Source: Robiginitalea sp. (lineage in GTDB: Bacteria > Bacteroidota > Bacteroidia > Flavobacteriales > Flavobacteriaceae). Taken from it: a DNA stretch of 64,000 nt. Position 1 is the first letter of the stretch; every line of letters starts with the position of its first letter. This document shows, one piece after another, positions 51,039 to 60,118 of the stretch. The stretch is taken from contig JAHECA010000005.1 of the NCBI GenBank assembly GCA_024642005.1, positions 8,898-72,897 of the forward strand. Direction: 5' to 3'. The position numbers and the translations under genes were made by a program. Below the pieces are notes generated by a model. It saw only the letters and a list, made by a program, of their open reading frames with translations, made no database searches and was not told the DNA's origin.

Positions 51039-53441
51039 ATGAAAAGATTTCTCGGCCTCCTGCTCGTCCTGACAGGCACCTGCCTGGCTGCCCAAACCAA
51101 CTCCGTTACCCTCTCGGGCAGGGTACGAGAACTTCCCGAAGACCTTCCCCTGGCCTATGCGAATGTGCTTCTCGAGCAGTCAGCCGATGCCGAACAGGTC
51201 GCCGGGACCATTACGGACGAATACGGGCTGTTTACCCTGACAGGAATTGCCCCGGGTTCCTATCGCCTGCGCATCAGCTACATCGGCTATGGGGATCTGG
51301 CCCGGGATGTCTTTGTGGGGGCCACCTCCGAATACCTTGACCTGGGCCTTTTTCAGTTGGCCGCCCAATCGGAGGAACTGGGCGAGGTGGTGCTCACCGG
51401 CCGGCAGGAAGGGGTAAGCAGCAAGCTCGACAAAAAAACCTACACCCTGGAAGACCAGCTGGCCCAGGGGGGTGGGAGCGTGCTGCAGGGCCTGCAGAAC
51501 CTGCCGGGGGTTACTATCCGCGACGGGCAGGTGCAATTGCGGGGGAACCCCAGGGTAACCGTGCTGATGGACGGGAAGCAGACCGCCATAACCGGGTTCG
51601 GGAACCAGAACGGCCTCGACAACCTGCCAGCCTCGGCAGTAGACCGTATCGAGATCATCAACAACCCCTCGGCCCGGTACGATGCCAACGGGAATGCGGG
51701 CATAATCAATATCGTGCTGCGCAAAGACGAACAGGGCGGCTTTCACGGAAAGGCCGGACTCACCACGGGCCTCGGGGCCCTCTGGGTCCGCAGGGAAAAC
51801 CTGCCGGGCATCAGGCCGCAATACCAGGCCACCCCGAAGATCAACCCATCCCTGGCCCTGAACTACCAGACCGGTAAGGTAAACCTGTTCATGCAGGCCG
51901 ACAACCTGTACACCAGAACCCTGAATAAGAATGAGTTCGTTACCCGCACCTATGACGACGGCACGGTAATCAACCAACAACTCAAGCGCAACCGCAACAC
52001 GAATTTCTTCACCTCACGCGCCGGCCTGGACTGGGACATTTCAGATCGCAATACGCTTACCGTTTCGGGCTTTTTCAGCCAGGAAGCCATTATCGACCGG
52101 GGCGACCAGCCCTTCTACAATGAAGACCTAAGCGAGCAGCTGCGCCTGTGGCAGTTCCTGGAAGACGAAGTGCTAACGGCCTACATGGGCTCGGCCGCCT
52201 TTGTGCACCAGTACCCCCAGCCCGGCCACAAGCTGGAAGCCGGCTTTAATTACACCTTCGACCGGGAAGACGAAAAATACTTCTTCGACAATACGCTGCC
52301 CGACCGGACCGCTGAGGAATCCTTTGCCCTGATCGCCGACCAGCGGGTGGCCGATGTGAACCTCGATTACACCAAACCGCTGAAAACGGGCATCCTGGAA
52401 ACCGGCCTGAAGTTTCGCCGGCGCACCATCCCGACCAATATGGAGTTTTTCCCGAGCCCCGACTCGCCCCTCGACCCCGACGCAGACGGACAGGCCACCT
52501 ACAAGGAAACCATTCCGGCCGTCTATGGGAATTACACACACGAAACGCAGAAATGGGTGGCCGAAGTGGGGATGCGGTTCGAATACGTCCACCTGCGCTA
52601 CGAGGTAGACCCGAACCACAATACCTATTCGAGCGATGGATACGATTACTTCCAGCCCTTCCCGAATGCCAGGCTCTCCTACAACCTGGGCGAGAACGAC
52701 CGGGTTTCCCTCTTTTACAACCGGCGGGTAGACCGGCCCGACGAGGTAGACATCCGAATCTTCCCCAAATACGACGACGCCGAGATCATCAAGGTGGGCA
52801 ACCCGGCCCTGAAACCCCAGTTTACCCAATCGTTCGAAGCCGGCTACCGGCATACGTGGGATTCGGGCGATGTTTACGGGGCGCTCTACCACCGCATTAC
52901 CGACGGGACGATAACGCGCATTGCCACGGCCCCCGACAGCACCAACCTCATTTACAACGTAACCCAGAATGCCGGCAAAAGCCATAATTCGGGGGTGGAG
53001 ATGCTGTGGAACCAACGCCTCCACGAAGACCTTTCGCTGCAGGCCAACCTGAACGTCTATTACAACAGCATTGACGCTTTTTCGGTGGTGAACCTGTACC
53101 CGGTGGAAAGCCTGTACGAGGCCGAGCGGCAAGACCTGTGGTCGGGCAACCTGAAACTGAGCGCGAACTGGTCGCCGGGCTCTGACTGGGCCCTGCAGCT
53201 CTCCTCGGCCTATCTGGCCCCCGACCTGGTGCCCCAGGGGCGCACCGAAGGCCGGTTCTCCGTAGACTTCGGGCTGAAAAAAACCGTGCAGGACGGCCGG
53301 GGCGAATGGTTCGTGAATGCCACCGACCTGTTCAATACCCTGGTAATCCGCAAGGAGGTGCAGGGCATCGGCTTTAAGTATACCAGTGAAGACTACTACG
53401 AAACCCAGGTCATCAGACTGGGTTATTCCTATAAGTTCTGA
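51039..53441 (+). CDS. TonB-dependent outer-membrane receptor with an N-terminal carboxypeptidase-regulatory-like domain
   Basis: ATG at 51039 (MKRFLGLLLVLTGTCLAAQ). CarbopepD_reg-like segment (GRVRE...GLFTLTGIAPGSYRLRISYIGY). Plug-domain motifs (LQGLQNLPGVTIRDGQVQLRG, IINNPSARYDANG). The beta-barrel ends in ...LGYSYKF. Confidence 0.88.
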   Translation: MKRFLGLLLVLTGTCLAAQTNSVTLSGRVRELPEDLPLAYANVLLEQSADAEQVAGTITDEYGLFTLTGIAPGSYRLRISYIGYGDLARDVFVGATSEYLDLGLFQLAAQSEELGEVVLTGRQEGVSSKLDKKTYTLEDQLAQGGGSVLQGLQNLPGVTIRDGQVQLRGNPRVTVLMDGKQTAITGFGNQNGLDNLPASAVDRIEIINNPSARYDANGNAGIINIVLRKDEQGGFHGKAGLTTGLGALWVRRENLPGIRPQYQATPKINPSLALNYQTGKVNLFMQADNLYTRTLNKNEFVTRTYDDGTVINQQLKRNRNTNFFTSRAGLDWDISDRNTLTVSGFFSQEAIIDRGDQPFYNEDLSEQLRLWQFLEDEVLTAYMGSAAFVHQYPQPGHKLEAGFNYTFDREDEKYFFDNTLPDRTAEESFALIADQRVADVNLDYTKPLKTGILETGLKFRRRTIPTNMEFFPSPDSPLDPDADGQATYKETIPAVYGNYTHETQKWVAEVGMRFEYVHLRYEVDPNHNTYSSDGYDYFQPFPNARLSYNLGENDRVSLFYNRRVDRPDEVDIRIFPKYDDAEIIKVGNPALKPQFTQSFEAGYRHTWDSGDVYGALYHRITDGTITRIATAPDSTNLIYNVTQNAGKSHNSGVEMLWNQRLHEDLSLQANLNVYYNSIDAFSVVNLYPVESLYEAERQDLWSGNLKLSANWSPGSDWALQLSSAYLAPDLVPQGRTEGRFSVDFGLKKTVQDGRGEWFVNATDLFNTLVIRKEVQGIGFKYTSEDYYETQVIRLGYSYKF

Positions 53442-53547
53442 AAGGCAATCCGCGGAACAGGCGGCCTCTGGGGGGGTGAATTCGTTAATTGTTTACTTTT
53501 AGTCACCTAACAGCCAGGCCTGTGCGGGCCTGCAATCCCACTGAGCC

Positions 53548-53895
53548 ATGAAACCAGCGAACCATAACATCCTGCCCCGGAAAGCCTTTTTGAAAAGGGT
53601 GATCCGATATAGCCTTTTCTCGGTTTCCCTGCTGCTGGTCTCCCTGCTCATCGGCACCACTGGTTATCATTTCTTGGCAGGCCTGGGCTGGTTAGACAGT
53701 TTTTACAATGCTTCGATGATCCTTACCGGAATGGGGCCGGTTAACGTGCTTACTTCGCCGGGTGCCAAGCTCTTTTCTTCCCTGTACGCCCTTTTCAGCG
53801 GGGTGATATTCCTCTCTATCGTGGCCGTTTTCTTCGCCCCTTTCGCCCACCGCCTGATGCACCTGCTCCACGTAGACCCAGAAGAAAACCCATAA
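53548..53895 (+). CDS. 115-aa two-TM membrane protein with a K-channel-like pore-helix region and a non-canonical filter
   Basis: The layout is TM1, then WLDSFYNASMILTGMGPVN, then TM2. This parallels the Ion_trans_2 layout (..DALYFSVVTLTTVGYGD..), but TGMGP replaces TVGYG. Confidence 0.6.
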   Translation: MKPANHNILPRKAFLKRVIRYSLFSVSLLLVSLLIGTTGYHFLAGLGWLDSFYNASMILTGMGPVNVLTSPGAKLFSSLYALFSGVIFLSIVAVFFAPFAHRLMHLLHVDPEENP

Positions 53896-53982
53896 GGGCC
53901 CCGAAACCCCTTTTGCCGTCGGGCAGTGTGCATGACCACATTTTTAGTAATTTGGCCGGGCATGCATAAACCGACCTGACTT

Positions 53983-55410
53983 ATGAAAAAACTGCTCCTG
54001 GCCCTGCTGGCCCTGCTGGTGCTCCTCGCTCTGGTGCTCCTGTTCAACACCTATACCCTGAAAAGCAAACAGGTAACGGCCGAGCCGGCGATCCTGGTGA
54101 GCGTGCCCGATTCGGCCTACGCCCACCTGGCCGGTGCCATCCGGTTTCCAACCATTTCGTACAGCGAAGACGCCGTGCCCGATTCGACGGCCTTTTACGG
54201 TTTCCACCGCTACCTGGAGCAAACCTTTCCCCGGGTACACAGCAACCTGACCAAAACCCTGATTAACGGGTACAGCCTGCTGTATACCTGGCAGGGGAGC
54301 GACCCGGCCAAAAAGCCGGTCATCCTCTTGTCGCACCAGGATGTAGTACCGGTAGACCAGCCAACCCTCGGTAAATGGGAGGCCGGGCCCTTTGAAGGAG
54401 CCGTAACCGAAACGGAGGTAATCGGCAGGGGAACCCTGGACGACAAGAGCTCACTGGTAGCCGTGCTTGAAAGCGTGGAACGGCTGCTTTCCGAAGGCTT
54501 TCAACCGTCGCGCACCTACTACCTGGCCTTCGGGCACGACGAGGAAGTGGGCGGGGGCAACGGGGCCGCGAAAATAGCTGAATACCTGAAGGGTCAGGGC
54601 GTACAGGCCCTGATGACCCTCGACGAGGGCGGCTATATAGCCGAGGGGTTGGTGCCCGGGGTGGACCAACCCGTGGCCTTCATCAACCTGGCCGAAAAAG
54701 GCTTTGCCTCCTTTCGCCTGATTGTGGAAACCCACGGCGGGCACAGCTCGAACCCGCCCCGGGAAAATACGATCGGCATGCTGGCCCAGGCCATCGTAGA
54801 CCTGGAAAACAACCAGCTCCCATACAAACTCGTAAACCCGATCGACTACCAGCTCGAATACCTGGGTCCTGAGCTCCCCTTTGCCCAACGCCTGGCCTTT
54901 GCCAATCCGTGGCTGTTCAAAAAACCCATCCTGGAAGGGATGAATGCGCACACCACCACGGCCCCTACCATTATCGGGGGCGGAGTGAAGAACAACGTGA
55001 TCCCTACTGTAGCAGAAGCCACCGTAAACTTCCGTATCCTCCCCGGGGAGAGCATCGAATCGGTGCAGGAACATATCAGACAAACCGTACACGACAGCAT
55101 CCGTATTGAGCGGGTGGGGTTTCTGACTAACCCTTCTCCGGTTTCCTCGGTTGAATCTGAGGGCTTTCGTGTGCTGGAGCATACCATTCGTTCCCTCTTC
55201 CCGACCACTGTAGTGGTGCCGGGCCTGGTGGGCGGGGGTACCGATGCCCGCTATTTTTACGAACTCTCTGACGACGTTTACCGCTTTTACCCGGTGCGCC
55301 TCAGCCCTGACAGCTTTGAGCGCTTCCACGGGATTGACGAGAAAATTTCCCGCGAAAATTACGCCGAGATCATCGGCTTTACCTACCAGCTCATCCGCAA
55401 CCTGGATTGA
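53983..55410 (+). CDS. M20/M25/M40-family metallopeptidase (membrane-anchored or secreted carboxypeptidase-like)
   Basis: N-terminal hydrophobic anchor. Motifs SHQDVVPV, GRGTLDDKS and HDEEVGGGNG. Confidence 0.88.
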   Translation: MKKLLLALLALLVLLALVLLFNTYTLKSKQVTAEPAILVSVPDSAYAHLAGAIRFPTISYSEDAVPDSTAFYGFHRYLEQTFPRVHSNLTKTLINGYSLLYTWQGSDPAKKPVILLSHQDVVPVDQPTLGKWEAGPFEGAVTETEVIGRGTLDDKSSLVAVLESVERLLSEGFQPSRTYYLAFGHDEEVGGGNGAAKIAEYLKGQGVQALMTLDEGGYIAEGLVPGVDQPVAFINLAEKGFASFRLIVETHGGHSSNPPRENTIGMLAQAIVDLENNQLPYKLVNPIDYQLEYLGPELPFAQRLAFANPWLFKKPILEGMNAHTTTAPTIIGGGVKNNVIPTVAEATVNFRILPGESIESVQEHIRQTVHDSIRIERVGFLTNPSPVSSVESEGFRVLEHTIRSLFPTTVVVPGLVGGGTDARYFYELSDDVYRFYPVRLSPDSFERFHGIDEKISRENYAEIIGFTYQLIRNLD

Positions 55411-55435
55411 GCCTCACAAGCCGTATTTATACCTG

Positions 55436-55463
55436 AAACGGGGCCGGACGCCCCGTTTTTTTT
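55436..55463 (+). terminator. Rho-independent terminator after the M20 peptidase gene
   Basis: Stem AAACGGGGC pairs with GCCCCGTTT around a 5-nt loop, followed by a continuous T-run (55456-55463). Confidence 0.85.
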
Positions 55464-55484
55464 GTGGCCACCTGTCTAAAATCA

Positions 55485-55514
55485 TTGTCTGGAATATTTA
55501 TTTTAGTATATTTG
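55485..55514 (+). promoter_or_regulatory. Candidate Bacteroidota sigma-A promoter of the DtxR/Feo locus
   Basis: TTG (55485-55487), a 19-nt spacer, then TATATTTG (55507-55514), an exact TAnnTTTG match. It lies in an AT-rich island and ends 38 nt before the ATG at 55553. Confidence 0.55.
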
Positions 55515-55523
55515 AATTGTTTT

Positions 55524-55537
55524 TTAAGCATACTTAA
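55524..55537 (+). promoter_or_regulatory. Candidate operator palindrome between the promoter and the DtxR-like gene
   Basis: TTAAG-CATA-CTTAA is a 5-4-5 inverted repeat. It extends to 6/7 matches as tTTTAAG/CTTAAAt. It starts about 10 nt downstream of the -7 box. Confidence 0.35.
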
Positions 55538-55552
55538 ATTTTATTTTACCGC

Positions 55553-56269
55553 ATGAAAAACCCGGTCTCCATAGCCACCGAAAACTTCGTCAAGACCGTG
55601 TACCAGTTCGACCAGAAAAAGGGGTACGATACCCGGCCTGGCTCCATTGCCCGCGAATTGGGCATTTCCAATGCCGCGGCCACCGACATGGCGCGCAAAC
55701 TGGCACGCAAGGAACTGATCGAATACAAAAAATACAAAGAGCTCAGGCTTACCCCGGCCGGGCGCAGCATGGCCCTGGCGGTAATTCGCAAGCACAGGCT
55801 CTGGGAGACCTTCCTGCACCAGGTATTCGGGCTGGGGATGCATGAAATCCACCGGGAGGCAGAACTGCTCGAGCACCTCACCTCCGACTTTTTGGCCGAC
55901 CGCATCAGCCACTTCCTTGGGCACCCCACCACCGACCCCCACGGCGATCCCATTCCCGACCCGACCGGAGAACTGCCCGACGCCCCCGGCGCCGTGCTGC
56001 TTTCGCAGGCCCCAGCCGGGCTTAAGTACCGGGTTAGCCGGCTCTCGGGGTCAGAAAAAGAATTCTTCGATTTCTGCCAGGCCCGTGGCCTGGCGCTGGG
56101 CACGGTACTGAGGGTAAAAAACCAGTTCCGCAACCCCCGCATGACGGAGGTCGAAATGGAGGGCACCGTGTTGCTGCTGCACGCCGGGCTTGCCCAGACG
56201 CTGCATGTAAGGCCGGCAACCGGTCCTGCTTATGACCCGGCAACCTATGTTAACGAGCCTCAGCCATGA
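55553..56269 (+). CDS. DtxR/MntR-family metal-dependent transcriptional regulator with a C-terminal FeoA/SH3-like domain
   Basis: N-terminal wHTH (SIARELGISNAAATDMARKLARKELI). Metal-site/dimerisation segment HRLWETFL...HEIHREAELLEH...DPHGDPIP. C-terminal FeoA-like segment (LSQAPAGLKYRVSRL...GTVLRV). Confidence 0.88.
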   Translation: MKNPVSIATENFVKTVYQFDQKKGYDTRPGSIARELGISNAAATDMARKLARKELIEYKKYKELRLTPAGRSMALAVIRKHRLWETFLHQVFGLGMHEIHREAELLEHLTSDFLADRISHFLGHPTTDPHGDPIPDPTGELPDAPGAVLLSQAPAGLKYRVSRLSGSEKEFFDFCQARGLALGTVLRVKNQFRNPRMTEVEMEGTVLLLHAGLAQTLHVRPATGPAYDPATYVNEPQP

Positions 56270-57342
56270 ACCTGCCGCTTTCCCTTACGCGTTTTTTGCT
56301 GCTGAACGGGCCCGGTTATATGCTGGGCTACGGTCTGCTGGCCGTGGCGGCCCTGTTCTGGGTATTCTGGCCGGGCAAAGGGCTCTGGGCCCGGCTGAGC
56401 CGCGGACATATGAACACCCAGCGCGTCTTGCTGGAAGACGCCCTCAAAGCGTTGTTCGACTTTGAATACCGGCGACACCCCTGCGAACTCAACAGCCTGG
56501 CGGGAAACCTGAACATCTCCCTCGACAAGGCAAGCCGGCTTGTGGAACGACTACTCCAGATGGGGCTGATCTCCATGGCAGGCCAGGGGCTTTCCCTGAC
56601 CGACACGGGCCGCTCTTATGCCCTGCGGGTCATTCGCGTACACCGGATCTGGGAACGGTACCTGGCCGACGAAACCGGGGTGGCCCAGGTCGACTGGCAC
56701 CACGAGGCCGACCGCATGGAGCACCAGGTAAGCCCGGAAGCCACTGACCGGCTGGCTGCACAGATCGGCAACCCTGTCTTTGACCCTCATGGCGACCCTA
56801 TCCCTTCGGCAGATGGCGAATTGCCCGAACTGCGCGGCAAACCCCTGAGCCAGCTTCGGGAAGGCGACCTGGGGCGTATCGTTCATATCGAGGACGAGCC
56901 CAAAAGCATATACGAACAGCTGGTGGTGGAAGGCCTCTACCCGGGCATGCCGGTCTATGTGACCGACGTGGCGGAAAACCGGATTACCTTCGCCACAGAT
57001 GGGGATGAATGCACCCTTACCCACCTGTTCGCCTCCCATATTACCGTGGAAATGATGCCCGGCAAAGCCCCGCAGCGCTCCAAGAACGCCCTGCTGTCTT
57101 CCCTGGAGGTAGGAGAATCGGCCGAAGTGGCCGGCATTTCCCCCAATTGCAGGGGCCAGCAGCGCCGCCGCCTGATGGACCTTGGCATCATCCCCGGCAC
57201 CCGTATTGCCGCCGAAGTGCGGAGCGCTTCTGGCGACCCGGTGGGATACCGGGTCATGGACACCACCATCGGCATCCGCAAACAGGAGGCCGATCTCATT
57301 TTTATAACCCGGAAAACCACTTCGCCCCATGAGCACGCCTAA
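56266..57342 (+). CDS. Predicted membrane-anchored DtxR-like protein fused to two FeoA domains
   Basis: The ATG overlaps the upstream stop (ATGA). Residues ~9-36 are hydrophobic ([28 protein letters not shown]). A DtxR-like wHTH and HRIWERYL...[10 protein letters not shown]...DPHGDPIP follow. Two FeoA-like modules come next ([15 protein letters not shown]...; [15 protein letters not shown]...GIIPGTRI...). An internal ATG at 56410 would remove the TM segment. Confidence 0.78.
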   Translation: MNLPLSLTRFLLLNGPGYMLGYGLLAVAALFWVFWPGKGLWARLSRGHMNTQRVLLEDALKALFDFEYRRHPCELNSLAGNLNISLDKASRLVERLLQMGLISMAGQGLSLTDTGRSYALRVIRVHRIWERYLADETGVAQVDWHHEADRMEHQVSPEATDRLAAQIGNPVFDPHGDPIPSADGELPELRGKPLSQLREGDLGRIVHIEDEPKSIYEQLVVEGLYPGMPVYVTDVAENRITFATDGDECTLTHLFASHITVEMMPGKAPQRSKNALLSSLEVGESAEVAGISPNCRGQQRRRLMDLGIIPGTRIAAEVRSASGDPVGYRVMDTTIGIRKQEADLIFITRKTTSPHEHA

Positions 57343-58120
57343 TACCTGTGAAACCTGCCCGGTACACCACAAGGCCAACCTGCAGAAGCTGGGCCTGAAC
57401 CTCGACAATATCGATTTTGTCCTGGCCCTGGCGGGGAACCCCAATACCGGAAAGAGTACGGTTTTCAACAACCTGACCGGCCTGAGGCAGCACACCGGCA
57501 ACTGGCCCGGAAAGACCGTGGCCCGGGCCGAAGGGGCCTACGTTTACAACGACAGGCGCTACAAGATGGTAGACCTGCCCGGCACCTATTCCCTGCTCTC
57601 GACCAGCACCGATGAGGAAGTGGCCCGGAACTTCATCCTCTTTGGTCAACCAGATGTGACCATTATTGTTGCCGATGCCACCCGTCTGGAACGGAACCTG
57701 AATCTGACCCTGCAGATTCTGGAAATTACCGACCGTGCCGTGCTCTGCCTGAACATGATGGACGAAACCCGTCGCAGCAACATTGAAATAGACGTGCGCG
57801 GGCTTTCCAAAGAATTGGGAATCCCGGTAATCCCGGCTTCGGCCCGCAGGCGAGAGGGCATGGACCAGCTTCTGGCAGCCGTGGAAGAGGTGGCCAGCGG
57901 CACCTATGTGTGCCGTCCCCACCGCATCAAGAGCCATTCGCCCAAGCTGAACCGCGCCATCGCGAATCTGGCGTCCAAACTGGCAGTGCTCTACCCGGAT
58001 TTGCCCAATGCACAATGGGTAGCCCTGCGCCTGCTCGAGGGCGACAACAGCATCATGGAGGCCATTCGTTCGGGGGAACTCGGCGAGATCGGCACGTCCG
58101 TTGAACCCGCCCAAATCTGA
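57329..58120 (+). CDS. feoB: FeoB N-terminal part: G-protein domain plus part of the helical domain (263 aa)
   Basis: G1 motif [10 protein letters not shown]3 motif DLPGTYS, G4 motif NMMD. Also ALRLLEGD. Overlaps the upstream gene by 14 nt and ends with TGA at 58118-58120. Confidence 0.85.
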   Translation: MSTPNTCETCPVHHKANLQKLGLNLDNIDFVLALAGNPNTGKSTVFNNLTGLRQHTGNWPGKTVARAEGAYVYNDRRYKMVDLPGTYSLLSTSTDEEVARNFILFGQPDVTIIVADATRLERNLNLTLQILEITDRAVLCLNMMDETRRSNIEIDVRGLSKELGIPVIPASARRREGMDQLLAAVEEVASGTYVCRPHRIKSHSPKLNRAIANLASKLAVLYPDLPNAQWVALRLLEGDNSIMEAIRSGELGEIGTSVEPAQI

Positions 58121-58124
58121 ACCC

Positions 58125-59558
58125 ATGGAAAAAACCACACACCATCTGAACCCGGAAGACCTGCTGTCGGCAGCCAACCAGGCCCGTTGGGAACTGGGGG
58201 TGAACTTTCACGATGACATTATCGAATCGGTCTACGAAGATGCCACCCGTATTGCGCGCAAAACGGTGCGGCAAAAAGATGAAAATGCGGCTTACCGACA
58301 GGATTTAAAGATCGATCGCATCATTACCAGCAAGTGGCTGGGCTTCCCCATCATGTTCCTGATGCTCGCCCTGGTATTCTGGCTTACGGTGGCCGGGGCC
58401 AATGTACCCTCGGGTATGCTGGCCTCTTTGCTGATCGACACAGCACATCCCTGGCTGAAGGCCGGGGCAGCCGCCCTGCACATGCCCTGGTGGCTCGACG
58501 GGGTGCTCATCGATGGGGCCTACCTCTCCATGGCATGGGTTATTTCGGTCATGCTGCCCCCCATGGCCATTTTCTTTCCCCTTTTTACGCTGCTGGAAGA
58601 CCTGGGCTACCTGCCCAGGGTGGCCTTCAACATGGACAGCCTGTTCCGCAAGGCCGGGGCCCACGGGAAACAGGCGCTGACCCTGAGCATGGGGTTCGGC
58701 TGCAACGCGGCCGGGGTTATTGCCGCCCGGGTAATCGACAGCCCCCGCGAGCGCCTGATCGCGATAATAACAAACAATTTCTCGCTTTGCAACGGTCGCT
58801 GGCCAACCCAGATCCTGATTGCGACCATATTTATTGGCGGGTTGGTACCGGCTGCCTGGGCAGGCCTGGTTTCGGCCGGGGCCGTGGTGGGCGTAGCGGT
58901 GCTCGGCATCGGCTTCAGCCTGCTGGTCTCCTGGGGCCTTAGCAAATCGGTGCTAAGGGGGGAAGCCTCCACCTTTAGCCTGGAACTGCCGCCCTACCGG
59001 CCGCCCCGCATCTTGCAGACCCTGTACACCTCCCTGATAGACCGCACCGTTTTCGTGCTTTGGAGGGCCATTGTGTTCGCAGTTCCGGCGGGCATCGTGA
59101 TCTGGCTTGTAGCCAATGTACATGTGGGAGGCCTCAGCCTTGCCGAGCACTTCATCCAGGCCACCGACCCGATGGCGCTGGTCTTCGGCCTCAATGGGGT
59201 GATATTGCTTGCCTACATCATCGCCATTCCCGCCAATGAGATCGTAATCCCCACCATTCTGATGCTCACTGTGCTCAGCAGCAGCCTGGGAGGCCTGGGG
59301 GCCGGATCGGGCGTTATGTTCGAGCTCGATTCCATTGCCGATACAGCCCAAATACTGCAGGCCGGGGGCTGGACCGTTCTCACAGGGGTAAACCTGATGC
59401 TCTTCAGCCTGCTGCACAACCCCTGCTCTACCACCATTTATACCATTTACAAGGAAACCCACAGCCTCAAATGGACCCTGGTGTCTACCTTTCTGCCTAT
59501 CGTGCTGGGGCTCATTGTCTGTTTCTTTACGGCTCAGATATGGCTTTTGCTGACCTGA
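58125..59558 (+). CDS. feoB: FeoB C-terminal part: polytopic membrane (gate/nucleoside-recognition) domains
   Basis: The ATG at 58125 lies 4 nt after the previous stop and in a different frame. About 10 TM helices with FeoB_C-type motifs (LEDLGYLPRVAFNMD, GFGCNAAG, PCSTT). Confidence 0.85.
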   Translation: MEKTTHHLNPEDLLSAANQARWELGVNFHDDIIESVYEDATRIARKTVRQKDENAAYRQDLKIDRIITSKWLGFPIMFLMLALVFWLTVAGANVPSGMLASLLIDTAHPWLKAGAAALHMPWWLDGVLIDGAYLSMAWVISVMLPPMAIFFPLFTLLEDLGYLPRVAFNMDSLFRKAGAHGKQALTLSMGFGCNAAGVIAARVIDSPRERLIAIITNNFSLCNGRWPTQILIATIFIGGLVPAAWAGLVSAGAVVGVAVLGIGFSLLVSWGLSKSVLRGEASTFSLELPPYRPPRILQTLYTSLIDRTVFVLWRAIVFAVPAGIVIWLVANVHVGGLSLAEHFIQATDPMALVFGLNGVILLAYIIAIPANEIVIPTILMLTVLSSSLGGLGAGSGVMFELDSIADTAQILQAGGWTVLTGVNLMLFSLLHNPCSTTIYTIYKETHSLKWTLVSTFLPIVLGLIVCFFTAQIWLLLT

Positions 59559-59653
59559 AATCCATTTTAGCTGCAGGCCGCATCACTACCGAAATTCGAC
59601 GGTATTTGAATTTTAGCGATATTTGAACAGAGGCGCTCCTGCCTGCAAACGAG

Positions 59654-60097
59654 ATGGCACTCATGATAACACTGGAGTTTGAAATTGAAATAGCAGCTTC
59701 GCGGAAACGGATTTGGGAAGCCCTCTGGAGCGATGCAAATTACCGCTATTGGACCCAGGTTTTCGGGGAAGGATCCTACGTAGAAACCGATGGTTGGAAG
59801 CAGGGCACCGAAGTGCGCTTCTTACCCCCGGACGGAAGGGGCATGTACAGCCTCATTGAGCGACATGAGCCCCAACAGCAATTGTGCTTCAGGCACCTGG
59901 GTTCGATCGCCGATGGCCACCGTGAACCTTTTCCGGAGGGTACACCCAGCCGCGAATGCTACACGCTTTCCGAATCGGATAAAAGCATACGCCTGAGCGC
60001 CAGGCTCGAAACCGTGGCGGCCTCTGAACCATTCTTTCGCGACACCTTTCCGGCGGCACTGGCGCGTGTTAAGGAAAAAGCGGAAATTCCCGCATAA
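59654..60097 (+). CDS. SRPBCC (AHSA1/START-like) family protein
   Basis: The size and the pattern EFEIEIAASRKRIWEALWSDANYRYW fit the Aha1-like SRPBCC fold. Confidence 0.7.
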   Translation: MALMITLEFEIEIAASRKRIWEALWSDANYRYWTQVFGEGSYVETDGWKQGTEVRFLPPDGRGMYSLIERHEPQQQLCFRHLGSIADGHREPFPEGTPSRECYTLSESDKSIRLSARLETVAASEPFFRDTFPAALARVKEKAEIPA

Positions 60098-60118
60098 GGT
60101 ACATTTGACCCCCTGTTT

